DNA of 64,000 nucleotides from an uncultured Candidatus Bathyarchaeia archaeon (GCA_964491605.1 CAZBGY010000002.1:82829-146828), one strand, 5' to 3'; numbered from the stretch's first letter, positions 36,668 to 47,163 are shown. The notes: a model not told the origin generated them from the letters alone. Program-made: numbers and translations.

Positions 36668-37782
36668 TTTTAGGCTTGAGGATAAGAGCGGTAACTCTAT
36701 TCCTAGATCTAACAGGTAAAGATGCGATAGCTATTAGAAGTTATCTCGAAGATAAAGTTCGATCCTTTCTAGAGGCTATAGATGAGTTTAGATCTAAAGG
36801 TATCATCTGGGGTAGAGGTGTGAGATTATCGGTATCCCATCCGTGTAAGGGGGAGGAGAAGGTAAAGCTGGCTAGGATTGTTAGAGAGGAATGTGAAAGT
36901 ATAGGGGTTAACATGATCTCAGGATTCGTATACGATGCAGCCGTAGATGATCCTAAGATAATCGAAAATCTATCTAGCATAGGCGTATATATATCGGTTA
37001 AACTGAGTTCACCTATATATTATGGTAAAGTCGTAGAATTGTTATCCAAGATCTCGTATAAAGATCCTATATCGCTAACCAGGATAGCCACCCTACTCGG
37101 TGAAGAAGGAGATTTCCTTACTCCATATTTTCCGTTGTCTATGAATACAAGGTATGGTGAGGGGATTGCTTTAGCGTTACTGTACGCTAGAGATCTGATA
37201 GATACTTATAGAGCCGAAGGGTTATCCGGTATGGTAGAGTCAGCTTGTAGAATCCTATCCCAAGCAGAATCTATAGGTAGATATATAGCTTCGAGGATGG
37301 GTGTCGATTACTACGGATTAGACTATTCGCTATCCCCTTGGATGGATGATTCCGTAGCCCTCCTTATAGAGGAGATATCCGAATCTACTCTCCCAAATCC
37401 TGGATCTCTACATACAGTCTCTAGAATCAATAGCCTTATACATGAAGCAGCTACTAGATGTGGAATCCTTCCTACAGGCTTCTGCGAAATCATGCTACCA
37501 GTAGCTGAAGATAATATACTTAAGGAGAGAGTGCGTGAGGATATGCTTAGGTTAAGAGATCTGATAGCTCTCTCGTTATTCTGCGTAGCAGGCGTAGATA
37601 TGGTTGTTATACCAGCTGAGATACCTAAGAAGGTGCTACTAGGTGTGATGCTAGATTTATCAGAGGTGAGTAAGCTTAAAGGTAAGCCTATAGGGTTGAG
37701 GGTTATACTATATCCCGGGGTTAAACCTGGAGATCGAATCGATCTTGGGGTATTCGGAGAGACGCCTGTAATCGAAGTCTAG
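36664..37782 (+). CDS. DUF711 / UPF0210-family protein
   Basis: N-terminal IRAVTLFL, C-terminal MLPVAED, VAGVDMVVIP and R.I..PG.KPGD...LG.FGE..V blocks, as recalled for UPF0210. The GTGA start overlaps the purS stop. The gene ends 2 nt before the purL ORF. Confidence 0.6.
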   Translation: MILGLRIRAVTLFLDLTGKDAIAIRSYLEDKVRSFLEAIDEFRSKGIIWGRGVRLSVSHPCKGEEKVKLARIVREECESIGVNMISGFVYDAAVDDPKIIENLSSIGVYISVKLSSPIYYGKVVELLSKISYKDPISLTRIATLLGEEGDFLTPYFPLSMNTRYGEGIALALLYARDLIDTYRAEGLSGMVESACRILSQAESIGRYIASRMGVDYYGLDYSLSPWMDDSVALLIEEISESTLPNPGSLHTVSRINSLIHEAATRCGILPTGFCEIMLPVAEDNILKERVREDMLRLRDLIALSLFCVAGVDMVVIPAEIPKKVLLGVMLDLSEVSKLKGKPIGLRVILYPGVKPGDRIDLGVFGETPVIEV

Positions 37783-37817
37783 ATTTGACGCTTCATGATG
37801 GCTGCGGTGGGTATCGT

Positions 37818-40178
37818 ATGGCTAGGGTTAGTATAATACCCATAAGGGATGCTGGGGATGAAGAGCTTACGGTTATTAGTAGACGTTATATGCTATCCCT
37901 ATCGTTAGATGAGATGAAAGCGATACAAGCGTACTTTAGAAGCTTAGGTAGAGATCCCACCGATGTGGAGTTGAATACTATCGCTCAGACATGGTCTGAA
38001 CATTGTTACCACAAAACCTTTAAGGGGATCATAGAGACTGAATGTGGAGTTATAGATAGTCTACTGGAAAGCTATATATTCAAGGTTACCAGAGAGCTTG
38101 CTAAACCATGGTGTCTATTGGTTTTCGAGGATAATGCCGGGATAGTAAGTCTTGAAGGTGATTGGGCTATAGCGGTTAAAGTCGAGACGCATAATCATCC
38201 AACAGCTTTAGATCCATATGGTGGAGCTGGAACAGGGACCGGGGGTGTTTTCAGAGATGTCATGGGTGTAGGTGCTAAGCCTATCCTATCCATCGACGTA
38301 TTATTCTTCGGCCCGTTAGATTATCCGTATGAACTACTCCCTCAAGGGGTTATGCATCCTAGGAGGGTTATGAGGGGGGCTGTAGCAGGCATTAGGGATT
38401 ACGGTAATAAAATGGGGGTACCTACAGCTTGCGGTGCTATAGGATTCGATGAAGGATACGTATGTAACCCGCTGGTCTATGCTGGATGCGTAGGTATAAT
38501 GCCGTTTAGTAGGTATACAAGGAAGCCGAAGCCTGGGGATCTGATAGTATTAGCCGGTGGGAGGACCGGAAGGGATGGGCTTAGGGGCGTTACGTTTGCT
38601 AGCACAGAGCTTACACCAGAATCTGAAAAGATATCCGCTATATCTGTGCAGATAGGTAACCCTATAGAGGAGAAGAAGCTTCTAGATGCGATAATGAGAG
38701 CTAGGGATGAATATAGCGAGCCGCTATACTCGGCTATAACCGATTGCGGTGGAGGAGGATTATCGTCAGCCATAGGGGAGATGGCGAAGAAGCTAGGTGC
38801 GGATGTAGAGTTATCTCTTGTACCTTTAAAGTATAAGGGTCTTGAACCGTGGGAGATATGGCTTTCAGAGTCCCAGGAACGTATGGTGTTAGCTGTACCT
38901 GAAGAGAATATAGATAGACTACTGCAGATATTTAGGGAGGAGGATTGTGAAGCTACGGTTATAGGTAGATTCACTTCGACTGGAAGACTCAAGGTATATT
39001 ACGAGGGGGAGATAGTCTGCGATCTAGATTTAGAATTCCTTTTCAAAGGTATACCGAGAGTTAGGAGGAGGGCTTACTGGAAGCCGCCATATGAGGAGGA
39101 TCCCGATTTCCCAATGCCCGCAGACCTTATGGATATACTCAGACGTATACTGAGCGATCCGAACATAGCTAGTAAGGAGTGGGTTATCCGTCAATACGAT
39201 CATGAGGTGCAGGCGAGGATGATAGTTAAACCTATGGTAGGTATTCACGGAGATGGGCCTAGCGATGCATGCGTACTGAAGCCTCTGAGAGATAGTTGGA
39301 TAGGCATCGTCGTTTCATGCGGTGTTAACCCGAAGTATAGTCGACACCCCTATAAGATGGCTTTATCGGTTGTGGATGAAGCTATAAGGAATAATATAGC
39401 TGTAGGCGGACGTAGGATAGCTCTACTAGATAATTTCAGCTGGGGAAATCCTGAAAGAGAGGAAACCCTTGGGGCTCTAGTAGAAGCCGTTAGAGGATGC
39501 TACGATGCTGCTAAGGCATTTGATACACCTTTCGTATCTGGTAAGGATAGCCTCTACAACGAGTATAAGCTTCCAGATGGGAGCTATAGATCGATACCGG
39601 GTACGCTGCTGATAACGGCTATAGGTGTGATACCCGATGTAAGGAATGCCGTAACAATGGATTTCAAGAAGTCTGGAAACCCTATCTACATCGTAGGGTA
39701 TACTAGATGCGAATTAGGGGGATCATACTACTATTCCACTATAGGTGTGAAAGGTGGGATAACCCCGTCGGTAGATCTAGGAACAGCTAAACTTATCATG
39801 GATAGGGTGGTTAAAGCCATAGATTTAGGATACGTAAAATCTTGCCACGACTGCTCTGAGGGAGGGTTAGCCGTAGCTCTAGCAGAATCAAGTTTCTCCG
39901 GAGGTTTAAGTGCAGAGATCTGGCTATCCAACATACCTAGGTTAGATTTAGCTAGAGATGATAAGATACTCTTCTCTGAATCTAATAGTAGGTTTATAAT
40001 CGAAGTTGAGAATGGGAGGGAAGAGGTATTCGAAAAGATATTCGATGGGCTTCCATGTAGAAAGATCGGGTATACTACGAACGAGAGGCATCTCGTGATC
40101 CATGGGTTAAACGGTAGAATCTACGAGGAAGATATATGGAGATTAAAGGAAGCTTGGAAATCTACGTTCAACTGGTGA
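37818..40178 (+). CDS. purL: Phosphoribosylformylglycinamidine synthase subunit PurL
   Basis: EL...AQTWSEHC.HK, VETHNHP and repeated AIR-synthase-like domains. The ATG at 37818 is preferred over TTG 37785. Confidence 0.95.
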   Translation: MARVSIIPIRDAGDEELTVISRRYMLSLSLDEMKAIQAYFRSLGRDPTDVELNTIAQTWSEHCYHKTFKGIIETECGVIDSLLESYIFKVTRELAKPWCLLVFEDNAGIVSLEGDWAIAVKVETHNHPTALDPYGGAGTGTGGVFRDVMGVGAKPILSIDVLFFGPLDYPYELLPQGVMHPRRVMRGAVAGIRDYGNKMGVPTACGAIGFDEGYVCNPLVYAGCVGIMPFSRYTRKPKPGDLIVLAGGRTGRDGLRGVTFASTELTPESEKISAISVQIGNPIEEKKLLDAIMRARDEYSEPLYSAITDCGGGGLSSAIGEMAKKLGADVELSLVPLKYKGLEPWEIWLSESQERMVLAVPEENIDRLLQIFREEDCEATVIGRFTSTGRLKVYYEGEIVCDLDLEFLFKGIPRVRRRAYWKPPYEEDPDFPMPADLMDILRRILSDPNIASKEWVIRQYDHEVQARMIVKPMVGIHGDGPSDACVLKPLRDSWIGIVVSCGVNPKYSRHPYKMALSVVDEAIRNNIAVGGRRIALLDNFSWGNPEREETLGALVEAVRGCYDAAKAFDTPFVSGKDSLYNEYKLPDGSYRSIPGTLLITAIGVIPDVRNAVTMDFKKSGNPIYIVGYTRCELGGSYYYSTIGVKGGITPSVDLGTAKLIMDRVVKAIDLGYVKSCHDCSEGGLAVALAESSFSGGLSAEIWLSNIPRLDLARDDKILFSESNSRFIIEVENGREEVFEKIFDGLPCRKIGYTTNERHLVIHGLNGRIYEEDIWRLKEAWKSTFNW

Positions 40179-40184
40179 GAATCT

Positions 40185-40976
40185 ATGAGGGTGAAGACCC
40201 TTATACTTAGAGTAGCAGGTACAAACTGCGATCAGGAGACTGTAGAAGCATTCGAAGAAGCCGGGTCATACGTAGAGGTTAAGCATATTAATAGCCTTAT
40301 AAAGGGTGATGCCAGCTTGGATGATTACCATATATTATGTATACCTGGAGGATTTAGCTATGGGGATGATCTTGGAGCAGGGAAGATCCTTGCATGCCAG
40401 CTTAAATATAGGCTTAGGAAGCCTATAGAGAGATTCGTATCGGAAGGTAAGATCATAGTAGGGATTTGTAATGGATTTCAAGCTTTAGTTAAAGCAGGAT
40501 TGCTACCTGGTTTGAACGGATTATTCGGTAGGCAAGAGGTAACCTTAGCTATAAACGAAAACGGATTATTCGTAGATAGATGGGTATATATTAGATGCGA
40601 GGAAGAAACATGTTGCAAACCTTTGAAGAATCTAGCGGGAGCAGTATTATATCTACCGATAAATCACGCAGAGGGGAGATTCATAGCTCCACCCGATATA
40701 CTCGGTATACTCGAAAGCGAAGGCTGCATCGTATTCAGATACGTCGATCCTCATGGTAATAGATCTAGGGAGTGGAATCCTAACGGCTCGATGAACGATG
40801 TAGCTGGTATATGTAATAGAGATGGGAATATAATAGGTTTGATGCCTCATCCTGAGAAATATATTCACCCATACACCCATCCGAGCTGGACTAGATTAGA
40901 TGGAAGATTGCTGGAGGATACTTGCTTGAGATTCTTTAGAGTACTCGTAGAGTATGCACAGCTTCACCTGGTATAG
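40185..40976 (+). CDS. purQ: Phosphoribosylformylglycinamidine synthase glutaminase subunit PurQ
   Basis: Class I GATase features: GGFSYGD, GICNGFQ (nucleophile Cys) and MPHPE. Confidence 0.9.
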   Translation: MRVKTLILRVAGTNCDQETVEAFEEAGSYVEVKHINSLIKGDASLDDYHILCIPGGFSYGDDLGAGKILACQLKYRLRKPIERFVSEGKIIVGICNGFQALVKAGLLPGLNGLFGRQEVTLAINENGLFVDRWVYIRCEEETCCKPLKNLAGAVLYLPINHAEGRFIAPPDILGILESEGCIVFRYVDPHGNRSREWNPNGSMNDVAGICNRDGNIIGLMPHPEKYIHPYTHPSWTRLDGRLLEDTCLRFFRVLVEYAQLHLV

Positions 40977-41024
40977 ATAAAGATGAACGTGAGTAAGCCG
41001 GAGCTTCTACGATAACCCTCGATC

Positions 41025-41918
41025 TCATCCAATGTAACGGTACTTCGGAAATACTGTCTTCGAGAACTCCTTTAACATCGATACCGCTCTATCGGGGGGG
41101 ACATTCGTCATAGAGAAGTCTATTACGATGTAATCGGCTCCAGCTTCGATATAATCTCCTATCTTCGAGAGCCATTGAGATGGGGTTTCACCGAGTACAT
41201 CTGGATACGTGAACGAGGGGGCTAAAGATAGCTTCCCCTTACCTCTAGCCGCTTCAGAGACTTTCGATACTATGATTTCGAAATCTTTGAGGGGTAGGTT
41301 GGATGTAAGTAGCAGTCCTTCACCGTATTTTGCAGCAGCTTCAATTATAGCATCAGAGGATCCGCCGAACCATATCGGTGGATGCGGCTTCTGGATAGGT
41401 TTAGGCCAGAACGGTGCGTCGACGACCTTATAGTATCGACCTCTATACGTAACCCTACCCTCCTCTATCCAGAGTTTCAATATTATCTCTAAAGCCTCCA
41501 GCATTCTAGATATTCTCTCCCTATGACTACCCCAATAGACTCCGTAGGAGAGAGCTTCATCTTTAAACCATCCGGCACCAACACCGAAATTGATCCGTCC
41601 ATCAGAAACTATATCTACCGTAGCTACGATCTTCGCTAATCTAGCCGGCTCGTAGAACGGGAGAGGTGAAACCCTAGGCCCCAATCTTATCCTTCTAGTT
41701 TGAGTAGCTAACGCTGAGAGAAGCGTCCAGGCATCAAGCTTATCAGGTTTATCGGGATTTCCTCCAGTCTTCTCGTAGAATTCTCTAGGGAGGAAGAAAT
41801 GATCCCCAATCCATACGGAGTCGAAGCCTAATTCATCCGCAGCCATAGAGACATCCAGTATCTCCCTATAACGGTATGCGCTATGTGTAGGTAGATGGAC
41901 TGCGAATTTTACGTTCAA
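41025..41918 (-). CDS. LLM-class (luciferase-like) flavin/F420-dependent oxidoreductase
   Basis: 297 aa TIM-barrel LLM pattern (GFDSVWIGDHF..., GVGAGW, PPIWFGGSS). Confidence 0.75.
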   Translation of the reverse strand: MNVKFAVHLPTHSAYRYREILDVSMAADELGFDSVWIGDHFFLPREFYEKTGGNPDKPDKLDAWTLLSALATQTRRIRLGPRVSPLPFYEPARLAKIVATVDIVSDGRINFGVGAGWFKDEALSYGVYWGSHRERISRMLEALEIILKLWIEEGRVTYRGRYYKVVDAPFWPKPIQKPHPPIWFGGSSDAIIEAAAKYGEGLLLTSNLPLKDFEIIVSKVSEAARGKGKLSLAPSFTYPDVLGETPSQWLSKIGDYIEAGADYIVIDFSMTNVPPDRAVSMLKEFSKTVFPKYRYIG

Positions 41919-42180
41919 CTATAAACACCTAAGTTAGGTTTAGAGTTACCGGTGATCGAATCTATAAAGCTTTAGGATATATGAGTATGCCGGCTATACG
42001 GTTAAGATGGCGGCATATCATTTAGCCGATAGCAAGCTATCTAATCTGGTTGAGAAGTGGAGGAGGTGAATCGCGATATACTAGCTCTAGACCGAGATTA
42101 GAGCTGATTAAGCTGAAAGCATACCTAATATGTTATGAAGATTTTTTAGACTAGATAGCTATTGTTAGCCTCGATGCCCC

Positions 42181-42684
42181 ATGGGTTTAGCAGGGGTAGA
42201 GGTCCTCGTAGTGCTAGGTAGTATATCTGATAGGGAGTATGGAGAGGCTGTGTGTAGGATATTGAAGGAGCTAGGTATAGGATGCCGGTTGACGGTTGCT
42301 TCAGCTCACCGTTCTCCTGATAGGGTGAGAAAGTTGATCGAGGAGGCAGAAGCAAATGATGTTAAAGTATTTATCGCTATAGCTGGTTTATCGGCGATGC
42401 TTCCAGGATTGATAGCTGCGTACACGGTTAAACCCGTGATATCGCTTCCACTGAGTAGAAGTATGATGGGGTTAGATGCTCTCCTATCTTCCGTTCAATC
42501 TCCTCCAGGTATACCTGTAGCATGCGTAGGTATCGATAATTCTACTAACGCAGCTATACTGGCAGCCGAGATAGTGGGGTTATCTAGGCCCGATGTTAAG
42601 GAGAAGCTTATAGGATATAGGGTTAACCTTAGACGAAAGGTTGAGGAGGATGCTAAAATCTTAGAGAACTATCCAGGTAGGTGA
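42181..42684 (+). CDS. purE: Phosphoribosylaminoimidazole carboxylase catalytic subunit / N5-CAIR mutase
   Basis: VLGS.SD, SAHR.P, AG..A.LPG and GIPVA motifs. Confidence 0.9.
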   Translation: MGLAGVEVLVVLGSISDREYGEAVCRILKELGIGCRLTVASAHRSPDRVRKLIEEAEANDVKVFIAIAGLSAMLPGLIAAYTVKPVISLPLSRSMMGLDALLSSVQSPPGIPVACVGIDNSTNAAILAAEIVGLSRPDVKEKLIGYRVNLRRKVEEDAKILENYPGR

Positions 42685-43550
42685 TAGTTATGAGGTTTGA
42701 TCTCTCTAGGTTGAAGCTGGTGAGGAGGGGTAAGGTTAAGGATATATACCTCTTGGACAGTGAGAAACTATTATTCTACTTCACGGATAGAGTTTCAGCC
42801 TTCGATATCGTATTACCTTCGATCATACCGTTTAAAGGTGAGGTACTCTGCCGGATGACTGCGTTTTGGTTTAGATATCTTGAGGATAGGCTTGGAGTCG
42901 AACATCACATGCTATGGATTGAACCTCCAAACTGTATGATCGTAAGGAAGCTGGAAATGATACCTATAGAGTTTGTAATCCGCGGCTATATTTATGGAAG
43001 CCTCTATGAGAGGATGCTAAGAGGGGAGGTTAATCTACCCGTCGAGCCGATATTAGCGGCGAAACTCCCGGAGCCAATACTGGATCCGACAACCAAGTTT
43101 GAGGAGAAGGATAGACCTATAACTAGGGAAGAAGCTATAGCCAGAAGCTGGGTTACACCATCAGAGTACGATTATCTGGAAGATCTATCGATAAGCATAT
43201 ACAAGGCTATGAGCCGTAGAGCTGAAGAAGCCGGCTTCATACTAGCTGATTTAAAGCTTGAATTCGGAAGATACGGTGGTAGGATTATCCTCGGAGATTC
43301 CATAGGCCCAGATGAGTTTAGGCTATGGGTTAAATCAAACTATAGTCCTAACCGCCCCCAAGATAGCTTCGATAAACAACCAGTTAGAGATTGGCTGGAT
43401 AGGATAGGATATAGAAGCCGCTTGGAGGAGGCTAGAAGGAAGGGTGAAGCTATACCTCAACCTCCAAATCTACCTAGAGAGCTTATAGAAGAGGTTAGTA
43501 GAAGGTATATAGAAGCCTACGAGAAGCTTTCAGGTGAAAGATTCAGGTGA
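42681..43550 (+). CDS. purC: SAICAR synthase
   Basis: GKVKDIY, TDR.SAFD and LAD.KLEFG. The start overlaps the purE stop. Confidence 0.9.
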   Translation: MIVMRFDLSRLKLVRRGKVKDIYLLDSEKLLFYFTDRVSAFDIVLPSIIPFKGEVLCRMTAFWFRYLEDRLGVEHHMLWIEPPNCMIVRKLEMIPIEFVIRGYIYGSLYERMLRGEVNLPVEPILAAKLPEPILDPTTKFEEKDRPITREEAIARSWVTPSEYDYLEDLSISIYKAMSRRAEEAGFILADLKLEFGRYGGRIILGDSIGPDEFRLWVKSNYSPNRPQDSFDKQPVRDWLDRIGYRSRLEEARRKGEAIPQPPNLPRELIEEVSRRYIEAYEKLSGERFR

Positions 43551-43554
43551 GAGT

Positions 43555-44622
43555 ATGAATATACCTAGAAGCTATAAGGATGCAGGTGTAGATGTGGATA
43601 GAGTAGCTGAAGCTCATAAGCGTATAGCGGAGATAGCTAGTAGAACCTTTAGATCAAGGTGTGGAAGATGGGGGGAAGTATTGATCGAAGTAGGGCATTA
43701 TGCAGGTCTCCTAGATATAGGTGGAGGTAAAGCGCTAGCGATGCATGTAGATGGTGTAGGCACTAAGGTTCTCGTAGCTCAGATGATGGAGAAATACGAT
43801 ACCGTGGGTATAGATTGCGTAGCTATGTGCGTGAACGATATCGTATGTATAGGAGCCGAACCTGTAGCTCTAGTAGATTACCTAGTGGTTGAGGAGCCTA
43901 ACGAGGAGCTGATAGTAGCGATCATGGAGGGATTAGCTAGAGGAGCAGAGGAGGCTGGGGTAGCTATAGTAGGCGGGGAGACGGCCATTATGGGAGATGT
44001 CGTAAAAGGCGTTAGGAAGGGATGTGGATTCGATCTAGCTGCTATGTGTACAGGTGTAGTGGATAGGGATAGGATCGTATACGGGGATAGAATCAGTATC
44101 GGAGATTGTATTGTAGGATTAGCTAGTAGCGGTATACATTCAAACGGGTTAACTTTAGCTAGGAAGATACTCATCGATAGATATGGAGTCGATAGATACG
44201 TGGATGAGCTAGGGTGTAGTGTAGGCGAGGAGCTATTGAAGCCGACAAGAATTTACGCGAAGCTTATCCTCGAAGTATTAAGAAGGTATGAGGTACATGG
44301 ATTAGCTCATATAACTGGAGGCGCTTTCACTAAGCTTACGAGGTTGGCTCGTATAGCTAAAGTAGGCTTCCACTTAGATTCCATGCCTGAGCCTCCAGCT
44401 GTCTTCAAACTGATACAGGAGGCAGGGGATATAAGCGATAGAGAGATGTACCGGACTTTCAATATGGGCGTAGGCTTCTGCATAATAGCACCTAAAAGTG
44501 AATCTGAGGAGATAGTGGATTTTTGCGAAAAGAGCGGGTGTAAAGCATGGATAATCGGTAGGGTATGCGAAGAAGCTACCGTAAAAGTTAGGGTTAAAGG
44601 CGAGGATATCAGATTAACTTGA
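43555..44622 (+). CDS. purM: Phosphoribosylformylglycinamidine cyclo-ligase (AIR synthase)
   Basis: YKDAGVDVD, DGVGTK and NDI...GA.P. The ATG at 43555 follows AGGTGAGAG. The track start is GTG 43534. Confidence 0.9.
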   Translation: MNIPRSYKDAGVDVDRVAEAHKRIAEIASRTFRSRCGRWGEVLIEVGHYAGLLDIGGGKALAMHVDGVGTKVLVAQMMEKYDTVGIDCVAMCVNDIVCIGAEPVALVDYLVVEEPNEELIVAIMEGLARGAEEAGVAIVGGETAIMGDVVKGVRKGCGFDLAAMCTGVVDRDRIVYGDRISIGDCIVGLASSGIHSNGLTLARKILIDRYGVDRYVDELGCSVGEELLKPTRIYAKLILEVLRRYEVHGLAHITGGAFTKLTRLARIAKVGFHLDSMPEPPAVFKLIQEAGDISDREMYRTFNMGVGFCIIAPKSESEEIVDFCEKSGCKAWIIGRVCEEATVKVRVKGEDIRLT

Positions 44623-44919
44623 TACCTCGTAGAACGAATAGATCCTAAGCCTGATGTAAGAGTTAAAATCGTAGGGAATTAAAATTTACCTCCTGACTAT
44701 GGAAGATTAGATAGAAGGATCCGACTGCGCTACATTCTGGAAACTTTAATCTTGATCTAGACTCTTCGAAGCCTATCCTATGGTTAAAGAATTTTCGATA
44801 GTTAAAAGAGATTTTTAAGCATCCTCCATGCATCTATGAAAAATCATTTCTTGATTTTTAAGTTAAATTTTGAGAATAGTTTAAATTTATAATACTGCTA
44901 GAATGTTGTAGGGATCAAT

Positions 44920-45429
44920 ATGATCAGAGTAAGCGATGTACATGTTAAGCCTATGGAGCTGGATCATCTTGACGACTTAGTAGAGATATATCTATTATCG
45001 TTTAAGGGTATGCGTAGTAAAGATATCATAAGACGTTGGTTTGAATGCAATATTAGAGCTTATCCTAGGATGCAATACTTCGTAGCATTATCCGGGGGGA
45101 GGGTTATCGGATATATTCTATGGATGGAGAGGGGTGGCTTCAGAGAAGAATCCGTCTGGGAGTTAGAGCAGATAGCTGTAGATCCAAGATTCAGAGGGAT
45201 AGGTATAGGTCGTAGGCTTATAGAGGATTCGATAAACTATCTTAAAGCATATCTAGAGAATCGTCAACCTAAATCTAAGCTTAAACTTATCCTTGTATCT
45301 TCAGCTTCTTCGAATAAGATAGCTCGTAGACTCTACGAGGAGGTTCTAGGAGCAAAAGAGGAGGCTATCATACATAATCTCTATCGTGATGATGAAATCA
45401 TCTATATAGCTAGATACCATACAGGTTGA
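44920..45429 (+). CDS. GNAT-family N-acetyltransferase
   Basis: Acetyl-CoA binding motif Q.AVDP.FRGIGIGRRL. Confidence 0.75.
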   Translation: MIRVSDVHVKPMELDHLDDLVEIYLLSFKGMRSKDIIRRWFECNIRAYPRMQYFVALSGGRVIGYILWMERGGFREESVWELEQIAVDPRFRGIGIGRRLIEDSINYLKAYLENRQPKSKLKLILVSSASSNKIARRLYEEVLGAKEEAIIHNLYRDDEIIYIARYHTG

Positions 45430-45710
45430 AGCGTAGGTGTGTAGGTAAGCTGTATTAACTTACGATCGAATTGAACCCCTCGGACTGGTAGATAACGAGC
45501 AAAAGAGTATTTGCATATCCTTAGCGATCGACGTTTATCTATGCGGATATCGTATTAGGCGAAAGTCTGGATAACTATCAAGAGAGCTAGGTTCGCAGAT
45601 AGATTTTCCTTGAGAGTTAAGCTAGGTATAATTATGGTGAAGCATATCCTCCAGGTTATGGTAAGGTTTATCTTGAGATATAGGCCGATTTAATCTATCT
45701 AGATTCAGTT

Positions 45711-46997
45711 ATGGGGACTATCGTAAGCGAAGCTAAGAGAGGTGTCATACCTGATATCGTAGTCGAAGCAGCTAGGTTGGAAGGTATCGACCCGGATAGG
45801 CTTAGAGGCATGGTTGCTAGAGGAGTGGCTGTTATCCCGTACAATTCGTCTAGAGGCAGGAAGTTGAGTAGGGTTGTAGCTATAGGGGAGAGGTTAACCG
45901 TGAAGGTAAACGTTAACGTCGGCACCTCGACCGATATATCCGATCCAGATCTGGAGCTTGAGAAGGCGAGGATCGGTTTAAGGTATGGAGCAGATACTAT
46001 TATGGATTTATCTACTGGAGGCGATCTAGATTATGTTCGTAGATTACTTATCAAAGAGTTGGATGCACCTATAGGTACGGTACCTATCTATCAAGCCGCT
46101 ATAGAATCTATGAGGAGGCATGGATCCATCATAGATATGAGCGAGGATGACATATTGAATACTATCGAGAAGCATTTTAGGGATGGAGTCGACTTCGTTA
46201 CGCTTCATTGTGGTATCACGTATAACGCTCTAGAATCGTTAAAGAAAATTGGGAGAATCGCGGGTATAGTTAGCCGTGGAGGAGCTTTCGTAGCATCTTG
46301 GATGTTGCACCATGGTAGGGAGAATCCGTTATACGAGAATTATGATTACATACTTGAGTTAGCTAGAGAGTATGATGTATGTATAAGTTTAGGTGATGGA
46401 CTTAGACCTGGATGCATATCGGATGCGAACGATCTAGCTCAGAATATGGAGTTATTAACCGTAGCCGAGCTCGTAGAGAGGAGTAGGAGGATGGATGTTC
46501 AATGTATGGTTGAAGGCCCAGGTCATATGCCTATACATCAGATAGCGGCTAACGTGGCTTTAGAAAAGGCTGTATGTAGAGGCGCTCCATACTACCTCCT
46601 AGGACCTATAGTTACAGATATAGCTACCCCGTACGATCATATAGCGGCTGCGATCGGAAGTGCTATAGCTGGACTCGCCGGTGCAGATTTCCTATGCGTG
46701 GTTACACCATCCGAGCATTTGGGTCTACCGCTACCGGAAGATATAAAGCAGGGGGTTATAGCTTCCAAGATCGCTGCACATGCTGTGGATATATATAGAG
46801 TCGGAGAGAAAGCTATGAGTATCGATAAAGCTATGGGAGAAGCTAGAGCACGCTTAGACTGGATAACGCAATTCAAGCTATCAGTAGACCCAGATAGAGC
46901 TTCAGAAATTCATGGAAGAGTGAAGGCTAGAAGCGGCGCATGCACTATGTGTGGAGATTATTGCGTCTATAGGATACTGAAAAGATTCTATGCATAG
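45711..46997 (+). CDS. thiC: Phosphomethylpyrimidine synthase (radical SAM, ThiC)
   Basis: DTIMDLSTGG, TVPIYQA, VEGPGH and the C-terminal CTMCG..C motif. Confidence 0.95.
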   Translation: MGTIVSEAKRGVIPDIVVEAARLEGIDPDRLRGMVARGVAVIPYNSSRGRKLSRVVAIGERLTVKVNVNVGTSTDISDPDLELEKARIGLRYGADTIMDLSTGGDLDYVRRLLIKELDAPIGTVPIYQAAIESMRRHGSIIDMSEDDILNTIEKHFRDGVDFVTLHCGITYNALESLKKIGRIAGIVSRGGAFVASWMLHHGRENPLYENYDYILELAREYDVCISLGDGLRPGCISDANDLAQNMELLTVAELVERSRRMDVQCMVEGPGHMPIHQIAANVALEKAVCRGAPYYLLGPIVTDIATPYDHIAAAIGSAIAGLAGADFLCVVTPSEHLGLPLPEDIKQGVIASKIAAHAVDIYRVGEKAMSIDKAMGEARARLDWITQFKLSVDPDRASEIHGRVKARSGACTMCGDYCVYRILKRFYA

Positions 46998-47163
46998 CGG
47001 GTGGTTATCTCCCCCTAAAACCATACCTCACGATAATTTTAGGATAATCTGATGGCTACTCCATATATCGATAGTTATCTGAAAGCTTTTTATCTTATCT
47101 ATCCATTAACCGCAGAATAAGGTCGAGGTTCATGAGAAAATCTATCGTTTGGGGGGTGGATTT

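Noticed and set aside
41919-42180. Regulatory RNA or micro-ORFs in the 262-nt spacer upstream of purE, for example an 11-codon ORF after GGAGGAGGTG.
   Set aside because: The candidate ORFs are very short, with no distinctive composition, repeats or pairing potential comparable to the ABCE1 leader. There is nothing to support a call.
45430-45710. Possible TPP riboswitch in the 281-nt leader of thiC. There are partial matches UCUGGAUAA (about 45567-75) and UUGAACC (about 45471-77) to the conserved core.
   Set aside because: No CUGAGA element lies in the right 5' position. There is no CUGG...CCAG P5 pairing. The partial matches are in the wrong order and spacing for the THI-box fold. It would need cmscan with RF00059 to be fully excluded.
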